Notes: a model not told the origin generated them from the sequence alone. A DNA stretch of 64,000 bases from Octopus sinensis (GCF_006345805.1 NC_043001.1:21700001-21764000); one strand, 5' to 3'. Shown: positions 50,134 through 62,297, counted from the stretch's first letter. A program made the numbers and translations.

Positions 50134-50456
50134 CTAAAAAGAGAAACTGTTCTCAAATAATGAAATACAACAGTGATTAGCATAACATTCAAATCTGCCA
50201 GAACATATTAAGTATAAATACGGAATTTAATAGGAGAGTACTGTAGTTCACTTGAAGCATTGTGTATTGTTTGTAAATAATAAAAAGTTTTGAATGGTAC
50301 AACAATACACTATAATACAGTCAACAATTATTATATGGACAATGCACTATAATACAGACAATGGGCTATATATGGACAATTATTATATGGACAATTCACT
50401 ATAATACAGACAATCGGTTTTCTAGAAAACCGATTATAGCAGCAACTTCATCTAAG

Positions 50457-50494
50457 AATATCTGAAGAAGGAATATTATTCCGAAATATCATAT
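50457..50494 (+). ncRNA. Minimal PLE-type hammerhead-like motif
   Basis: atat-CTGAAGA-A-GGAAT-att-ATTCC-GAAA-TAT-C-atat. Confidence 0.55.
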
Positions 50495-50516
50495 CAGACT
50501 ATGGTTGACTAAATTA

Positions 50517-50840
50517 AAGGAGCACTCTCCGTCGGTTACAACGACGAGGGTCCCAGCTGATATGATCAACGGAACAGCTTGCTCGTGGAATTAACGTGTA
50601 AGTGGCTGAGCACTCCACAGACACGTGTACCCTTAACGTAGTTCTCGGGGAGATTCAGCGTGACACAGAGTGTGACAAGGCCGGCCCTTTGAAATACAGG
50701 TACAACTCATTTTTGCCAGCTGAGTGGACTGGAGCAACGTGAAATAAAGTGTCTTGCTCAAGGACACAACACGTCGCCGAGAATCAAACTCACGACCTTA
50801 CAATTGTCAGTCGAATACCCTAACCACTAAGCCACGTGCC
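50517..50840 (-). mobile_element. SINE family C
   Basis: Reverse copy of 37858-38180 with 12-bp TSD TTGACTAAATTA. Confidence 0.9.
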
Positions 50841-51300
50841 TTGACTAAATTACAACAGGTATATAGCCCATTGTCTGTATTATAGAGCATTGTTGTACCA
50901 TTCAAAACTTTTTATTATTTATAGAAGTTAATGTTCTGATTCTTGCTGTTCACTCTGCACATAATGATATTTACCAATATTACTTCTTAATCTATGTGGA
51001 CAGCTTGCTTCAGGACAGTGGAATGGCAAATATTGACAAATTAAGAACATGCATGTGGGACCATGGTGGGTGGCATGCTTGCATGAAATCATTGAAGTGT
51101 TCGGAAGGACACTAAATCTCTTAAATTTACTAAATTATGAAGTGGTAACCCAAAATAAATTTGTCTATTTTGTTGAATTATTTGACCTTTCAAAATATAC
51201 ACACTCTGAAATACAATACCACATCAATATTAATGCTTCTCATAAGCTGTTTACACCTTTGATATAACATGAGCACTGATAGAAAAAAAGAAAAAAACAT

Positions 51301-51464
51301 GGCATAGGAGTGGCTGTGTGGTAAGTAGCTTGCTTACCAACCACATAGTCCCAGGTTCAGTCCCACTGTGTGGCACCTTGGGCAAGTGTCTTCTACTATA
51401 GCCTCGGGCCGACCAAAGCCTTGTGAGTGGATTTGGTAGACAGAAACTGAAAGAAGCCCATCGA

Positions 51465-51535
<71 letters not shown>

Positions 51536-51800
51536 GTGTGTGTGTATATGTTTGTGTGTTGTTTGTCCCCCCCCCCCCCCAGCATCATTTGACAACCGAT
51601 GGTGGTGTGTTTACGTCCCTGTAACTTAGCAGTTCGGCAAAAGAGACCGATAGAATAAGTACTAGGCTTACAACGAATAAGTCCTGAGGTCGATTTGCTA
51701 GCATGGAGAACGGACGCTAAATGATGATGATGATGAGGATGATAAAGGTGTTGCTCCAGCATGGCCGCAGTCAAATGATTGAAACAAGTAAAAGAGTAAA
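51301..51800 (+). mobile_element. SINE family A (contains a short RTE-tail insert near 51700-51740)
   Basis: Full architecture. Confidence 0.85.
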
Positions 51801-51903
51801 GAGAATAAATAAGGTTTAGCAACAGGAAGAGCATCTAACCATAAAAATCTTGCCTCAAATTTGAAGCAGTCCTTGTCATGCTAACATGGACAGCATACAT
51901 TAA

Positions 51904-52018
51904 CCCTTTTGTTAATATATTTTTGTTTCAATTAATTCTGAATATATTAAATTTAGTAAAACAACTTGTACTATAGAACCAGGGGTGGTCTTAGATATGT
52001 TGTTTGCTAGCAAAAGGG
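51904..52018. mobile_element. piggyBac-type MITE
   Basis: TTAA-CCCTTTT...AAAAGGG-TTAA. Confidence 0.7.
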
Positions 52019-52099
52019 TTAAACAACACAAAATGAATAAACAGAAAATTGATATTAAATGTGGTGGAATTAATTTGTGACGTTCTCATTTATTGTTTA

Positions 52100-52400
52100 T
52101 TTGTTTCTGTCATTAGACTGGGACTTTGAAGAGTTTAATTGAACAAATCAACACAAGTAGTTTGTTCTTTTTTTTTTTTAGTGTGATACTAATTCCATCT
52201 GTCTCTTTTGCTGAGCCACTAAGTTACACAGACACACTGACACACACACATACAACGGGTTCCTATCAATCAAATACACTCACAAGGCATTGGTTGACTC
52301 AGGGCTATGGTAGAAGACACTTGCATAAGGTGCTACACAGAGGGACTGAACCCAAAACTATGTGGTTGCAAGGAAAGTTTCTTAACTACACACCCATGCC
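52100..52400 (-). mobile_element. SINE family A, strongly CpG-decayed
   Basis: Head and tail recognisable despite many CA/TG substitutions. Confidence 0.7.
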
Positions 52401-52849
52401 TACACCTTATTTTGATGCTAAAGAGCAGTGACTGCTATCAATAATATTAGCAGTAGTAGTAGTTGTACCAGTTATATGACTTAGGAGCGAGCACATAGAC
52501 CTACTAACAGTTTATTCCAGCTGACCAACACTAAGGCAAACCACCACTTCAAAATAACATTCCTGAGCTATTTTTTTAAGTAACTAGCAAAACACCTGCA
52601 TAAATTAATGACTGTGGAGAAATATGCCAGAGATGACACCTGAAATATATAAGTAGGAGATAACATAATGCAGAAAGCAAAAAAAAAAAGGAAATTTCTA
52701 ATTTTAATTTACCCATAGTGAAAGGAAAAGAAACTAATGAATTATTAACGCTGGTCAAGGCAGGGGAGACAACTTCAAAATTGAATGAACATTTAGGAGG
52801 CAAGTATGGTGACAATACTAGATATACTTCTTTCATATTAAGCCTTTTA

Positions 52850-53069
52850 ACCCTTTCGTTACCATATTTCTATTGAGATGCTCTGTGTTTCCTTCAATTA
52901 TTTTAAATATAACAGAGAATTTAGTAAAATAAATCAGTTATCATTAAGCTAGTGAGGAACATAAATTATGACTAAGGTTTGGTGGTAGATTTTAATTCAA
53001 AACTTATGAAAACAAGATATTTGTAAAACAAAGCCAGAGGCGGTTTCAGCCAGGTTGGTAATGAAAGGG
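52850..53069. mobile_element. piggyBac-type MITE (degenerate reverse copy at ~59306-59500)
   Basis: TTAA-CCCTTTCGTTACCA...TGGTAATGAAAGGG-TTAA. Confidence 0.85.
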
Positions 53070-53369
53070 TTAATAGTGCTTGCCACATCCAAGAATTCTG
53101 GGATATAAAGATTTACAGTAACTCAACATAAACTTGTGTGGCAACTTAAAAATAATGACTGTGAGTATTACCTGTGAGTATTCCTGTATTCAGGAGTATT
53201 ACCTCTAGATATATTTTGGTGTAATTCTCAACTGTTTTCTTAGTTAATATCTCAAACAGAATTTATTGTATCAACTACAACCTATCATCATCTGACACAA
53301 GAGCACCTCCTTCAATTCCCCCTCCCTTCTCAAAAGATTTTTGTCTTCTAGGTTACATGGTAACCCCGT

Positions 53370-54080
53370 GAGTGCAGGTGCCAATTAAAAAGCATCCAGT
53401 CCACACTGTAAAGTTGTTGGTGCTTGGAAGGGCATCTAGCTGTAAAAACCTTGCCAAAACAGACTTCATTTGTGCTTCTTATTTCTTTACTGCCCACAAG
53501 GGGCTAAACATAGAGGGGACAAACAAGGACAGACAAATGGATTAAGTTGATTACATCGACCCCAGTGCGTAACTGGTACTTAATTTATCGACTCCGAAAG
53601 GATGAAAGGCAAAATCAACCTCGGTGGAATTTGAACTCAGACGAAACGGCAGACGAAATACCTATTTCTTTACTACCCACAAGGAGCTAAACATAGAGAG
53701 GACAAACAAGGACAGACAAACAGATTAAGCCGATTATATCGACCCCAGTGCGTAACTGGTATTTATTTAATAGACCTCAAAAGATGAAAAGGAAAGTCGA
53801 CCTCGGCGGAATTTGAACTCAGAATGTAATGGCAGATGAAATACCGCTAAGCATTTCGCCAGACGTGCTAACATTTCTGCCAGCTCACCACCTTCATTTG
53901 TGCTTCTGCCATGTAAAAAGTACTAAGTCCACTCTGCTGGGTGATTGGGGTTAGGAAGGGCATCCAGCTGTAAAAATCCTGCTGAAACAGTCTCAGAAGT
54001 CTGGTGCAGGGTTCTACCTGGCCAGCGCCTGTCAAACAATCCCACCCATGCCAGCATGGAAGGTGGATGTTTGATAATGA
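53370..54080 (+). mobile_element. RTE 3' UTR-derived element interrupted by a SINE-B dimer
   Basis: GGAAGGGCATC(T/C)AGCTGTAAAAA blocks and CCATGCCAGCATGGAA tail. Confidence 0.6.
53480..53891 (-). mobile_element. Dimeric SINE family B
   Basis: Same internal junction as 17098-17508, with its own 16-bp TSD CTTCATTTGTGCTTCT (53464-53479 / 53892-53907). Confidence 0.9.
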
Positions 54081-54475
54081 TTACTGAAAGATTTACAGAA
54101 AAATTTCATGAAACTGAAGCACTGGGAAACTTTTAGCTATGAGAGGTGAAATGATTTACAAATGAGTTAAAAATTTTCTTTGGTCACAGCAGAGATATCT
54201 TATTCTTCATCTCAACCATTTTATGCCTATGGAACCCTTTGATTCTTATTTTATGCAAACTAGACTTCCATAGCCATTCATGTATATAAAAAAAATCCTC
54301 CTGTATTTTTATAATTAAATATTATTAGGAATTATATAAAAAAAAAATTTTAATATTTTGTGGTATAACTTATTTATTACAAATAGATTTTAACAACAAA
54401 ATCTTATATGGAGTCCAAAGGATCATGTGGACCCTGGCTGAAAACCACAGATCTAGGAGAATAAAAAAGAAAATA

Positions 54476-54988
54476 CCATAAATCCTCGAGTATAGCCTGC
54501 CCTTGAGTATAATACGCAGGGGATTTTTAGGGGGCTGTACTTCTGAAAAGCCTAAACCTTGTGTGTAATACGCACCCCTTCTCTAACTTGAGTCAAAGAG
54601 GTCTATATAACGTCCTTGGTTTGTAAAAATGTATACAATAATGTCCTTTATTATTATTGTATATATAACATAATGCAAACGTGTAGCTTTTTTGTGCATT
54701 TTGTTTGCAGAAAATAAAGAAATAACAGTAATAACGTTTAATAAATGTTGCTTACTGCAAGTTATGGATGATTCTTTTATGACTTCATTGCTTTCAGGCT
54801 TAGCTTAAGGTATTTTCGCACCCGACATCACAAAATGCGTCTGAATAAACATTGCTGGACAGCAAATAGAGACTCGGACATTGCTTAGAAAATCATTTTC
54901 ATTTTTGACCTCATTTATAGTACGCACTTAGGGATTTTGACCTTTAAATTTTTGGAAAAAAATGCAGATTATACTCAAGGATTTACGG
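54476..54988. mobile_element. Tc2/pogo-like element, inverted sister of 36630-37147
   Basis: TA-CCATAAATCCTCGAGTATA...TATACTCAAGGATTTACGG-TA. Confidence 0.8.
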
Positions 54989-55949
54989 TAAACCATAAAA
55001 GACTTGACTGGTATAAACATAATTTCTCCAATGAAATACTTAATTCAACATTGGAATTTATAAACAACAATGGTAAAACTTAGGGTCACAATTGGCCTGA
55101 TTATAAGGAAACTATTGTGTGCTACAAAATCTTCCAGATTTTTTTATATGTGAGTCAATCTAATTCTGAAATGGCTATATTTCAAAAGAGTCTCTAGAAT
55201 TTGCTAACTAGGTTGAACTGCTGCTTTTGGTAAATTTTGTGTGTGTATGCATGCATGTGTGCATGTGTGGTTTACTTCATTTAGGTCATGGTTAGAGTTT
55301 GGTACTTTCATCATCTTTTATCGTTTACTGGCTTCAATCATTGGATTGGGACCATACTGGAGCACTGCTTTACAGGGTTTTAGTTGAACAAATTGACTCC
55401 AGTACTTATTTTTTCTAAGTATGGTTAAAATCCTAAAGGGTCAAAAGACTTGGAAAGCATAGCTACTGGACAATTACTAGCACCAAATTCATGACAGAAA
55501 ACAGAAATTATCTTTGATTCTAGCCATTTATTCTTTTAGATTACAATCTTTGTAAATAGTTTAGGTAAATTCTTTTAATGTGTAAATTTTGTAACTTATA
55601 TATATTTCGGTTCAATTTATTTACAACTTAATTTCAGTGTTGAATACCAGTGAACCAACAGACTTTCAGATATCTTCTGATATTCCATAACTGCCTTGAT
55701 TTCAAAATTATGAGTTTCTTCCCCTCCTTTTTTCACAATCTTAGGGCTTGGCAAATTCAACTTGTAAAATTCTCCATGATCCATGTTTCCAAATAATGAA
55801 CATGGTTTATTTTTAACTATCCTGAGGTGGCCCAAGACAAGAAAGACTCTGGCCCAAGGTGGCCCAAGGTGCAATATGACTGAACCCAAAACCACATGGT
55901 TGCCAAGTAAGCTTCTTAACCACACACCCATGCCTGCTCTTTTTTATTC

Positions 55950-56750
55950 ATCATCATCATCATAATTATCATTTAACATCCATTTTCCATGCTGGCATGG
56001 GTTTCACAGGAGCTGACCTGCTGAAGGGCTGTTCAGGCTCCAGTCATCTGTTTTGGCATGGTTTCTATGATCGGATGCCCTTCCTAATGCCAACCACTTT
56101 ATAGTATGTACCAGGTGCTTTCACGCAACACCGGCATTTGTACGTTTATGTGGCACCAGTACATGTGCTTTTTATGTAGCACCAGCCCCTATGAACTCAC
56201 AAGATTAGGGATGCTCAGCTGAAGAGGATTGCAGGGGGCCAGCCTATATGCAAAAACAACCCTGCTTTTACTTAGCTTGAGCACCTTTTCAAGCATAGCA
56301 AACAACCAGGAGTCTCAGTCCCCTACCATCCCCTCTGTGAGTCCCAACATCAATAGATCCTTTATCCTACATCTTCCTGAGTCTACCACTTCCACATGTT
56401 CCCTCTACAATTAGAGACCGGCACCTCTTCATGCAACTGTCTTCATCCAAATACATCACATAACCATACCAGTGCAGTCATCTCTCTTGCACACTACATC
56501 TGATGCCTCATATATCCAGTTCTTCTCTCAAATCACTTACACTGTTATATATGCACACTGACATTGCACATCCACCGAAGCATACTGGCTTCATTTCTTT
56601 CAAGTCCTTGCATACCCTCAGTGGTTACAGCACATGTCTCACTGCCATGTAGCATAGCTGTTCATACACAGGCATCGTACAATCTGCCTTTCACTCTGAG
56701 GGAGAGGCCCTTCATTACTAACAGAGGTAGTAACTCTCTGAACTTTGTCA
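55950..56750 (-). pseudogene. RTE LINE 3' end (ORF2 C-terminus plus 3' UTR)
   Basis: VKGRLYDACV...AMLHGSET...LERNEASMLRWMCNV...WYGYV, followed by a 3' UTR with GGCATTAGGAAGGGCATCC and an (ATG)n tail. Confidence 0.8.
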
Positions 56751-57169
56751 CTAAGACTTTTGAGGTTCTCTGCATTTACACTGAATAGTCAAAAGACCAA
56801 ACTAAATTTAAGTACAGTTATAAGTGTTGAGAGAAGTGATGAAGGAGGACATTATATATAAACTAAAATTTTGAAATTATCACAGGAAAATACTTCATGC
56901 AAACTCAAAGGAGATTGTTAGTAATGTGACAACCAAGTTACTTTCAATTAGTCAAGACAAATAACAAGTGTTGCATGAAACCAGGTGGCGAACAAGAACA
57001 AAATAACCAAAAAATTTTCAATAGAGCCTTGTGTCTTATTTAGGGATCAGCTCCTTTTTTATTAGATTAAATTTAAAAAATAAAAATGATAACATAAATA
57101 TACAGAGAGATAGCTGTGTGTATGTGTGTGTGAATAGATGGATGGATCGATGAATAGTTAGATATAAAA

Positions 57170-57630
57170 TGATACACACGTGGCCGATGCCAGCGCCGCC
57201 CCGACTGGCTTCTGTGCCGGTGGCACATAAAAAGCACCATCCGAACGTGGCCGATGCCAGCGCCGCTCCGACTGGCTTCTGTGCCAGTGGCACATAGAAA
57301 GCACCATCCGAACGTTGCCAGCGCTGCCTTGGCTGGCTTCCGTGCCGCCTTGGCTGGCTTCTGTGCCGCCTTGGCTGGCTTCCGTGCCACTGGCACATTA
57401 AAAGCTCCAGCCGATCGTGGCCGATGCCGGACCCCCCCTGGCACCTGTGCAGGTAGCACGTAAAAAGCACCCACTACACTCGCGGAGTGGTTGGCGTTAG
57501 GAAGGGCATCCAGCCATAGAAACTCTGCCAGATCAGACTGGAGCCTGGTGCAGCCCTTGGCTTCCCAGACCCCGGTCGAACCGTCCAACCCGTGCTAGCG
57601 CGGAAAACGGACGTTAAACGATGATGATGA
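57170..57630 (+). mobile_element. RTE 3' UTR-derived element with subrepeats
   Basis: GTGCCGGTGGCACATAAAAAGCACCATCCGAACG repeats, 21-bp GCCTTGGCTGGCTTC(C/T)GTGCC repeats, tail GGACGTTAAACGATGATG. Confidence 0.8.
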
Positions 57631-57760
57631 TGTCTAAGAAGAGAATTTTCTCCCAGGGCTACCTCTTCAGCAGGTCTTTTCACATCCAAGTGCACTCGAG
57701 CATGTTCAATATGATTTAACACGCACGCATGCACACACACACAGACCACAAATTGATATA

Positions 57761-58136
57761 TCTCTATATATATAAACAGCAAAATGTCTGTCTGTCTGTC
57801 TGTGTGCGTGCCCTTTATACAAATCCACAATTTTTCAGTTAGGGGGCTCGCACTTTCTATGGTCATTCAAAACCGTCCAAGGGTGGTCGTGCACATCATT
57901 ACATTTCCCCAGTCACCCCACAAAGCCATTAAAAAATCAATAGAAGTGACTTTTTTGTGAATTTTCAATCCAAAACCCATTCAAAATGCCCGAAATTTGA
58001 TACGCCAACTGAATGCCAGCTAGCTGTACGTGACTGGTCGGAGATTTGGACAGTACTCGCGTGTATGTGCGCACGCACGCAGCTGTATATGCAAACATTA
58101 GCACTATGACCCAGCGTTTCCAGGTCATAGTTCTAG
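57761..58136 (+). mobile_element. Non-autonomous Helitron, family 1
   Basis: A|TC...CTAG|T. Confidence 0.9.
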
Positions 58137-58387
58137 TAAGATTTAAAATATCAATAAACAGCATATTTATGATAGTGGCAAGGATAAGACGTTGACTGAA
58201 ATGGTTGAATATTGAACTAAGTGCTGCATAGAATTTAGTTTTATCTATATTCTGATTTAACAAATGTTAACCTTGACACTCCATGGGCCCACTCTACATT
58301 CAGTAAAACAAGTTCTAAGAACCAATGAAACTCCTTTCCTTACACAAAGTGATTTCGTGATAAGTAAAAAAAAAAAATTAAAATACT

Positions 58388-58592
58388 CTTTTACTTGTTT
58401 CAGTCAATTGACTGCGGCCATGCTGGAGCACCGCCTTTAGTCAAGCAAATTGACCCAGAATTTATTCTTTGCAAGCCTAGTACTTATTCTATCAGTCTCT
58501 TTTGCTGAACCGCTAAGTTACAGGGACGTAAACACACCAGGATCGGTTGTCAAGCGATGTTGTGGGGGACAAACACTGATACACAAACATAT

Positions 58593-58637
<45 letters not shown>

Positions 58638-58798
58638 ACGGGCTTCTTTCAGTTTCCGTCTACCAAATCCACTCACAAGGCTTTGGTCGGCGCAAGGCTA
58701 TAGTAGAAGACACTTGCCCAAGGTGCCATGCAGTGGGACTGAACCTGGAACCATGTGGTTTGTAAGCAAGCTACTTACCACACAGCCACTCCTATGCC
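58388..58798 (-). mobile_element. SINE family A
   Basis: Full architecture. Confidence 0.9.
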
Positions 58799-58800
58799 TA

Positions 58801-59190
58801 TACATAAATAATTAACATAATTAAATTAGATTAAAATTTGTTTAAAGGCTGAAACAATGAAAAACAGAAGTGGAAACAAAACAGTTAATATTTTTCCTTG
58901 TATTTCTTAATTTTTTGGTTAGAAATGGAAAAGGTATAGAGCTGTTATCTTTGCTTAGGTATGTGAGAGGTGAGTGGCATGCATAGACTGGTGGTGTTAT
59001 TGCAACCAGTCTGCCTTGCGTGGTTCTGAACAAAGATAATAGTTTTATACCATCCCCCGAGTCTCCCCATGTCCTGATGAAGAGGTTCTAACCCCAAAAT
59101 ATCAAAGAAATACACTTCTATATTTCATTTATTTTCTATTGTTTTAGCCTTTTAACAAGTTTTAATCTAATTTAATAATTACACAATGCT
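58801..59190. repeat. Inverted repeat (PLE-like) with decayed hammerhead-like motif at 59083-59103
   Basis: AATTAAATTAGATTAAAATTTGTTTAAAGGCTGAAACAAT matches the reverse complement at 59135-59180. Motif CTGATGA-A-GAGGTT-ct-AACCCC-AAAA-TAT-C. Confidence 0.7.
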
Positions 59191-59514
59191 TCACCCAAAC
59201 TATTCTATACTAATATAATTATACGCTGCAATCAATAAATACCCATGATTAAAACCGATTATAATAAGTATCCTCATAAATATATTAAAAAGAATTATAA
59301 TAAAATAAACCTTTCTGTTACCAACCGGGCTGAAACTGGCTCTGGCTCTGAGTACAAATGTCCACCAAACCTTAGTCACAATTTATGTTCCTAACCCTAG
59401 CTGAATGATAACTGTTATTTTACTAAATTCTTTTGTTACATTTAAAGTAACTAAAAGAAACACAGAACATCTCAAAATAAATACATTAATAAAATGTCTA
59501 ATAAATAAAATCAT

Positions 59515-59900
59515 CAGGAGTGGCCGTGTGGTAAGTAGCTTGTTTACCAACTACATGGTTCCGGGTTCAGTCCCACTTGGGCAAATGTCTTCTACTATAG
59601 CCTCGGGCCGACCAAAGCCTTGTGAGTGGATTTGGTAGATGGAAACTGAAAGAAGCCCGTCGTATATATATGTATGTATATATATGCGTGTGTGTGTTTG
59701 TGTGTCTGTGTTTGTCCCCCTAGCATTGCTTGACAACTGATGCTGGTGTGTTTATGTCCCATTACTTAGCGGTTCGGCAAAAGAGACCGATAGAATAAGT
59801 ACTGGGCTTACAAAAAGAATAAGTCCCAGGATCGAGTCACTCGATTAAAGGCGGTGCTCCAGCATGGCCACAGTCAAATGACTGAAACAAGTAAAAGAGT
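59515..59900 (+). mobile_element. SINE family A
   Basis: Full architecture, small deletion in the head. Confidence 0.9.
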
Positions 59901-60232
59901 AACTCCATATTTGATAACCAATTATACACAAGGCACACTAATTTGTTTTTCTAAGTTAAATTAGTGCTTTTGGAATATACAAGAACAGAAAGGAGAGCTA
60001 ATGACAATATAGGAGAGGAGAGATTGTACTTGTTATCAAGTGTGACCCCTTAAGATGGGGATGTTGTGTGGATGTTGAGATGCAAACAGAACAGTGGAGC
60101 TAAGAGTTAGCTCTACTTTTCTGATGATATTAAGTCTTTTGAGAATATGAAAGAAATTAGATGGAGCTCTGGAAAACGATAGAAAAAATAAAATGTGAGA
60201 AGGCAGTCAGTGCTTTATATTTACGAAGGGGA

Positions 60233-60340
60233 GACAAGCAGCCCCACCAGCTAGGCCTGCATCTAGAGACATGCATGTTTCTGAGTCTTTGCTCCTCATC
60301 AGTCAAGAGTAGCAAGGCCTGCTAGCTGAAGATACTTGTC
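60233..60340 (-). ncRNA. Type I hammerhead ribozyme candidate in the predicted 3' UTR of the zinc-finger gene
   Basis: Minus strand tcttga-CTGATGA-GGAG-caaaga-CTCA-GAAA-CATGCATG-TC-tctaga, within a ~35-bp bulged stem I. Confidence 0.65.
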
Positions 60341-60409
60341 TAGGTTGTTGTGACTCTCCAAATGTTCTTCGAGATTAAAATTTTCGTTTGAATTTTCTCG
60401 ATGAATAAA

Positions 60410-61152
60410 TTACATTTGTAATTTTTTTAAGGGAATGTTGCAAATCTTTAAATGTTTTTTAAGATAACGATTGTTATAAAAACATTTCCTGCAACGTTCA
60501 CACCTATACGGTCGGTTATCTTTATGCATATTCTGGTGAGCTTCGAAAGTACTTCGGGAATTGAAACCACGCCCACATATCTTACAAGTCATTTTGTAGT
60601 GGCCTTCATGAGACATCTGATGCAATCTTATACCCCATCTGGTGAAAAACTCTTTCCCACAGTGATCGCAGTTATAGACTTTCCCATCGTGAATTTTAAG
60701 ATGTTCGTTCAGAAGACTTTGGCTGAAGAATTTTCGTGGACATCGGGGACATTTGAAAAGTGTTCCTTCATGCTTCCTCTGGTGGGTCTTCAAGTTCCCC
60801 TTAGTTGAAAATGTCTTTTTACATGTCGGACACTCAAGTAAATTGACAGAGGATGGCAAATTTGGTTGTATCTGAGATGATAAAAGATCACAGTCACTAA
60901 GCTCCAATGAAAGTACTTCTTCAGTGTTACAGTCACTTCCATCTAATGTATTTATATGTACTTGCCTTGACATTTCAGGGGATGAGGATATTTTGTAAGA
61001 ATAATCAGCAATACTCTGACCATCTTCACCCTTTTGATCCAACAGTGGACTAGACTGCTTGTCATGGACCAGATCACTGTCAATGAAAGAATTTAGCCAT
61101 GTATTAGGCTTTGAAACTAGAGACTGCGTGAAAGGTTTAGAAAACAATAAAT
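60410..61152 (-). CDS. C2H2 zinc-finger protein, terminal coding exon (4 C2H2 + 1 C2HC finger)
   Basis: 245-aa open frame, Ser/Asp-rich N-terminal part then five fingers. Acceptor TTTTCTTTCTTTTATACTAG at 61153; alternative CTTTCACGCAG about 30 nt downstream. Confidence 0.92.
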
Positions 61153-61243
61153 CTAGTATAAAAGAAAGAAAATATCTAAATAAAAGATATCAGAAAAAAA
61201 TAAATACAAATTAGTAGTGGATCTATTCTCGTACTTTTTACAG

Positions 61244-61270
61244 CTATTTTTTCATGTTTGTATGGGTTAG
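61244..61270 (+). other. Candidate 27-nt plus-strand microexon
   Basis: TTCTCGTACTTTTTACAG| 27 nt |GTGAGT; length is a multiple of 3 and two frames are open. Confidence 0.25.
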
Positions 61271-61926
61271 GTGAGTCTTTTCCAATAGTGTCTTTCCAAA
61301 TGTTACAATGTCATCTCTGTGATCATCAGCATTTTGAGATCAGCATTCATCACTTCTTCCAATGTCTTCCAAAGTCTTCCTCAGTTCCTTCCCCTTGGAT
61401 CATTTGCCACTTCTTTACATAGAAGTCATCACTCCAAATGAAATTGTGTGTCCACACCAGCAGTCTTCTGTCTTCTATTGCTACAGCTAATTCCACTTAT
61501 ACCAAATTTGGCTCATTTGTGCTCCATTAATCATGAAGTAATATTACACAATAAGCAAAACAAGCTTACTTAATTTCTTTCAAGACTCTGCAAATTCTCC
61601 ACTGAATTGTTAATTGCTAATTCTCATTAACCAAGTCTGCTGCCATGCAATATCATACTTTGTACAAAAACATCATAGAATCTCCCCTTCACTCAAAACT
61701 AGGGAAGGACAGATTACTTATATTCAGGGTACTATTACTTCTAAAAGCTATGAAGTTGCCAGTAGAGGTAACAGCTCTAAAAGCAAAGTCCTACTCCATA
61801 GGATAAAAGACAAAGTCAATTTGGATAGAATTTGAATTCAGAATGTGCAGACAAACAAAATGTCACTAAACATTTTGCCAGCTCACTGCCTAACCTAAAT
61901 TAATATTGTATCCAATAGTACATATG

Positions 61927-62297
61927 TATGTATATATAAACGGCAAAATCTCTCTCTCTCTCTCTGTCCGTCCCCTTTATACAAATCCACAGTTTTTCAG
62001 TTAGAAGGCTCGCACTTTCTATGGTCATACAAAACCGTCCAAGGGTGGTCGTGCACATCTTTACATTTCCCCAGTCACCCTACAAAGCCATTAAAAATTC
62101 GATAGAAGTGACTTTTTTGTGAATTTTCTATCCAAAACCCAATCAAAATGCCCGAAACTTGATACGCCAATTGAATGCCAGCAGCTGTATGTGACTGGTT
62201 GGAGATTTGGACAGTACTCGCGTGTATGTGCGCATGCACGCAGCTGTATATTCATGCACTAGCACTATGACCCAGCATTGCTGGGTCATAGTGCTAG
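61927..62297 (+). mobile_element. Non-autonomous Helitron, family 1 (5' end eroded)
   Basis: Internal identity to the other copies; 3' hairpin and CTAG|T. Confidence 0.88.

Larger units (their letters stand above)
50265..50920. mobile_element. Inverted-terminus PLE-like remnant interrupted by SINE-C
   Basis: AATAATAAAAAGTTTTGAATGGTACAACAAT matches its reverse complement at 50885-50920. Hammerhead-like motif inside. Confidence 0.55.

Noticed and set aside
60452-60808. Plus-strand ORFs overlapping the zinc-finger exons (also 48719-48934)
   Set aside because: Antisense shadows of the real coding frames, with no recognisable motifs.
48473-61152. lola/mod(mdg4)-style alternative terminal exons spliced to one shared coding exon
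   Set aside because: Acceptor phases differ (phase 2 at 49256; phase 1 or 0 for exon 2), and a self-contained start exon fits gene 1. Sharing of a non-coding 5' exon is not excluded.
61570-61700. Candidate upstream exon for zinc-finger gene 2 (minus-strand donor GTAAGC at 61569)
   Set aside because: No open frame with an ATG matches the downstream acceptor phases. It could only be non-coding and has no other support.
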